From Blasia pusilla (taxonomy: Eukaryota), in the NCBI GenBank assembly GCA_050084515.1, contig CM114271.1:31124001-31188000 (forward strand): a stretch of DNA of 64,000 nt, written 5' to 3'. Position 1 is the stretch's first letter. Each line of letters opens with the position of its first letter. Below the pieces are notes generated by a model. The model had not been told where the DNA came from, made no database searches, and saw nothing but the letters and a program-made list of their open reading frames with translations. The position numbers and the translations under genes were made by a program. Shown in pieces: positions 63,490-64,000 of this stretch.

Positions 63490-64000
63490 AATATCTCACC
63501 AGCATCTCGACGAATGGCTGTAGGTCTATCTGGCTCTTGGCCATAAAGCAGCAAATACGGTGAGAAAGACGCTAAGGAGGCTTGTCTGCTAAATTTGCAT
63601 CCCATCGCCAATCACGGCAATTGGAGGTCCCAATCTCCTAGGTGACCCCTCTACAAGCCATACTTGTGTAAACCTCTCTTCATCGTCTGCACAACCCTCT
63701 CCCCTAGTCCATCCGCCTCAGCATGATCTCGCAAAGTGGTGCAATGGTCGATCAACGCCTGATCACATAAGGCATTAAACTCCCTATGAAACTCTATACC
63801 TTGGTCTATCAACACCTCAGCTGCTATGCCCTAGTGACTCATCACTAAATCTAGGAAGACATACTCTACTTCCTCACTCGCTTTTTCAAGCAATGCAACC
63901 AACTCTATCCACTTCGAGAAGTGTTCGACCATCACCAACACATAACAACTATGGCACTCCATCAAAGGTAAAGGTCTTGCAAAATCAAAACTTCATCTAT
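63490..64000 (-). pseudogene. Gypsy integrase core fragment related to 27400-27920; runs off the end of the window
   Basis: DFARPLPLM..YVLVMVEHFSKWIELVAL..EVLIDQGIEF on the minus strand. Confidence 0.85.

Overview
Eukaryotic nuclear DNA, most likely from a non-seed land plant (bryophyte, lycophyte or fern; inferred from the gene and the transposon repertoire). Only one intact host gene is evident: a 3-exon DOMON + cytochrome b561 gene on the minus strand (1554-3807). The rest is largely nested, decayed mobile DNA. It includes a Copia remnant, a CRE-like non-LTR retroelement with a restriction-like endonuclease, a full-length chromovirus with two solo LTRs nested in it, a Helentron/Helitron2-type RepHel split by that chromovirus, an unknown spliced gene present twice, a hAT MITE family with 8-bp TSDs, and several satellites. 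The most unusual feature is a Ty3/Gypsy-type element (DDE integrase + PHD finger, 25826-33573) whose terminal repeats are arranged as split direct repeats, B-ORFs-A-B-A. That layout is normally associated with tyrosine-recombinase retroelements. All alignments and counts were done by eye; no database searches were run.
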